Shown here piece by piece: positions 23,019-23,649 of a stretch of 23,649 nt of DNA. The stretch lies in IMG/VR virus record IMGVR_UViG_3300028859_000015; one strand, given 5' to 3'. The position numbers and the translations under genes were made by a program. Source of the DNA: a virus. Taxonomy: Duplodnaviria; Heunggongvirae; Uroviricota; Caudoviricetes. The notes under the pieces were generated by a model. The model did no database searches. It was given only the letters and a program-made list of their open reading frames with translations, and was not told the DNA's origin. Position 1 is the first letter of the stretch, and every line of letters starts with the position of its first letter.

Positions 23019-23528
23019 ATGACTAATAAAAGTTTAATACGAAATGAAATAAAAAGAGTTTTAAACATACAGGAAGAAACAGAGGAACCTTTAACTAAAG
23101 CTCCAACTAAAGAAGATACTAAAAAAGAACCCAAAGAAGAACTTATTAAAAAAGATAAAAAAGAAGTGTATGGTAAGGAACTAATACTAGATATACATGA
23201 AGTTGAAAAAGATAAAATTACAGTAAAAAATATAAAAACATTTGCTGAAGAGTTATGTGATGAAATTGGAATGACAAAAGGTATTAAAGCAATAGTGTGG
23301 GGAACTGATTCAGATAAGGATGAGTTAAAGGATCCGCGAGCAGATGGGCTGTCATGCATACAATTTCTTCATAGTTCTTCTATTGTAGTTCATGGAATAG
23401 ATTTGCTTGGACGCATTTTTATAAATATTTTTTCATGTAAGGAATTTTCAACTGATAAAGCTAAAAACTTTGCTTTGAAATCATGGGGTGGAAAAATAGC
23501 CTCAGAACATGTAATTATACGTAAATAA
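23019..23528 (+). CDS. speD: S-adenosylmethionine decarboxylase-like proenzyme (class 1B SpeD fold) with a charged N-terminal extension
   Basis: YGKELILD, FAEELCDEIGM, GLSCIQFLHSSSIVVH, INIFSCKEF. Start moved to the ATG at 23019, just after the SLT stop. Confidence 0.85.
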   Translation: MTNKSLIRNEIKRVLNIQEETEEPLTKAPTKEDTKKEPKEELIKKDKKEVYGKELILDIHEVEKDKITVKNIKTFAEELCDEIGMTKGIKAIVWGTDSDKDELKDPRADGLSCIQFLHSSSIVVHGIDLLGRIFINIFSCKEFSTDKAKNFALKSWGGKIASEHVIIRK

Positions 23529-23542
23529 AGGGAAGAAATAAA

Positions 23543-23649
23543 ATGAAGGATAGTAAATTAAATGGAGTTTTCATAATCCCTACGGGGATTTCAAGTTCCA
23601 TAGGTGGTCATGCCTCTGCTCTTTCTCAAGTTAATTTGATTGCTTCTTG
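23543..23649 (+). CDS. DUF3326-like protein, 3'-truncated by the window edge
   Basis: Hand translation MKDSKLNGVFIIPTGISSSIGGHASALSQVNLIAS resembles the hhhPTGhGx.hGG.AGDA N-terminal signature as recalled for DUF3326. Only 35 codons are visible. Confidence 0.55.
   Translation, partial: MKDSKLNGVFIIPTGISSSIGGHASALSQVNLIAS

Noticed and set aside
1-23649. Stop-codon reassignment or uracil-substituted DNA, as in some large phages
   Set aside because: Long conserved genes are uninterrupted in code 11, and TAG stops are followed closely by new starts (e.g. 13437/13449, 21542/21554). An intact dUTPase argues against uracil DNA.

Overview
This AT-rich window (roughly 30% GC by eye, standard genetic code) looks like part of a large (jumbo-type) contractile-tailed dsDNA bacteriophage genome. 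No tRNA, rRNA, CRISPR array or transposase was seen. Region 1-9.4 kb is an accessory zone of small, mostly minus-strand genes. It holds at least three paralogous mini-gene families, a recent tandem duplication with a chimeric gene, Hsp20, a FeoA-like gene, an HExxH protein and a gp25-like baseplate gene. Region 9.4-16.4 kb holds virion-type genes: a gp53/LysM-like wedge, a gp5/VgrG-like spike with an inserted M23 peptidase and an apparently inactive transglycosylase domain, and a 998-aa orphan. Region 16.4-20.6 kb holds DNA metabolism genes: dUTPase, a RusA-like resolvase, and the SbcC/gp46 and SbcD/gp47 pair. The end of the window holds an AAA_33-type kinase fusion, a lytic transglycosylase, a SpeD-like pyruvoyl decarboxylase and the start of a DUF3326-like gene. 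The strongest non-coding signals are (1) a recurrent CCGATA(A/T)T box upstream of seven genes, two copies forming exact flagellar sigma-28 (FliA/SigD) promoters TAAA-N15-GCCGATAT, and (2) a three-hairpin ROSE-like RNA thermometer candidate ahead of hsp20. Several unrelated proteins also share a possible capsid-targeting/protease-cleavage leader. All family calls come from motifs recognised by eye; no database search was run.
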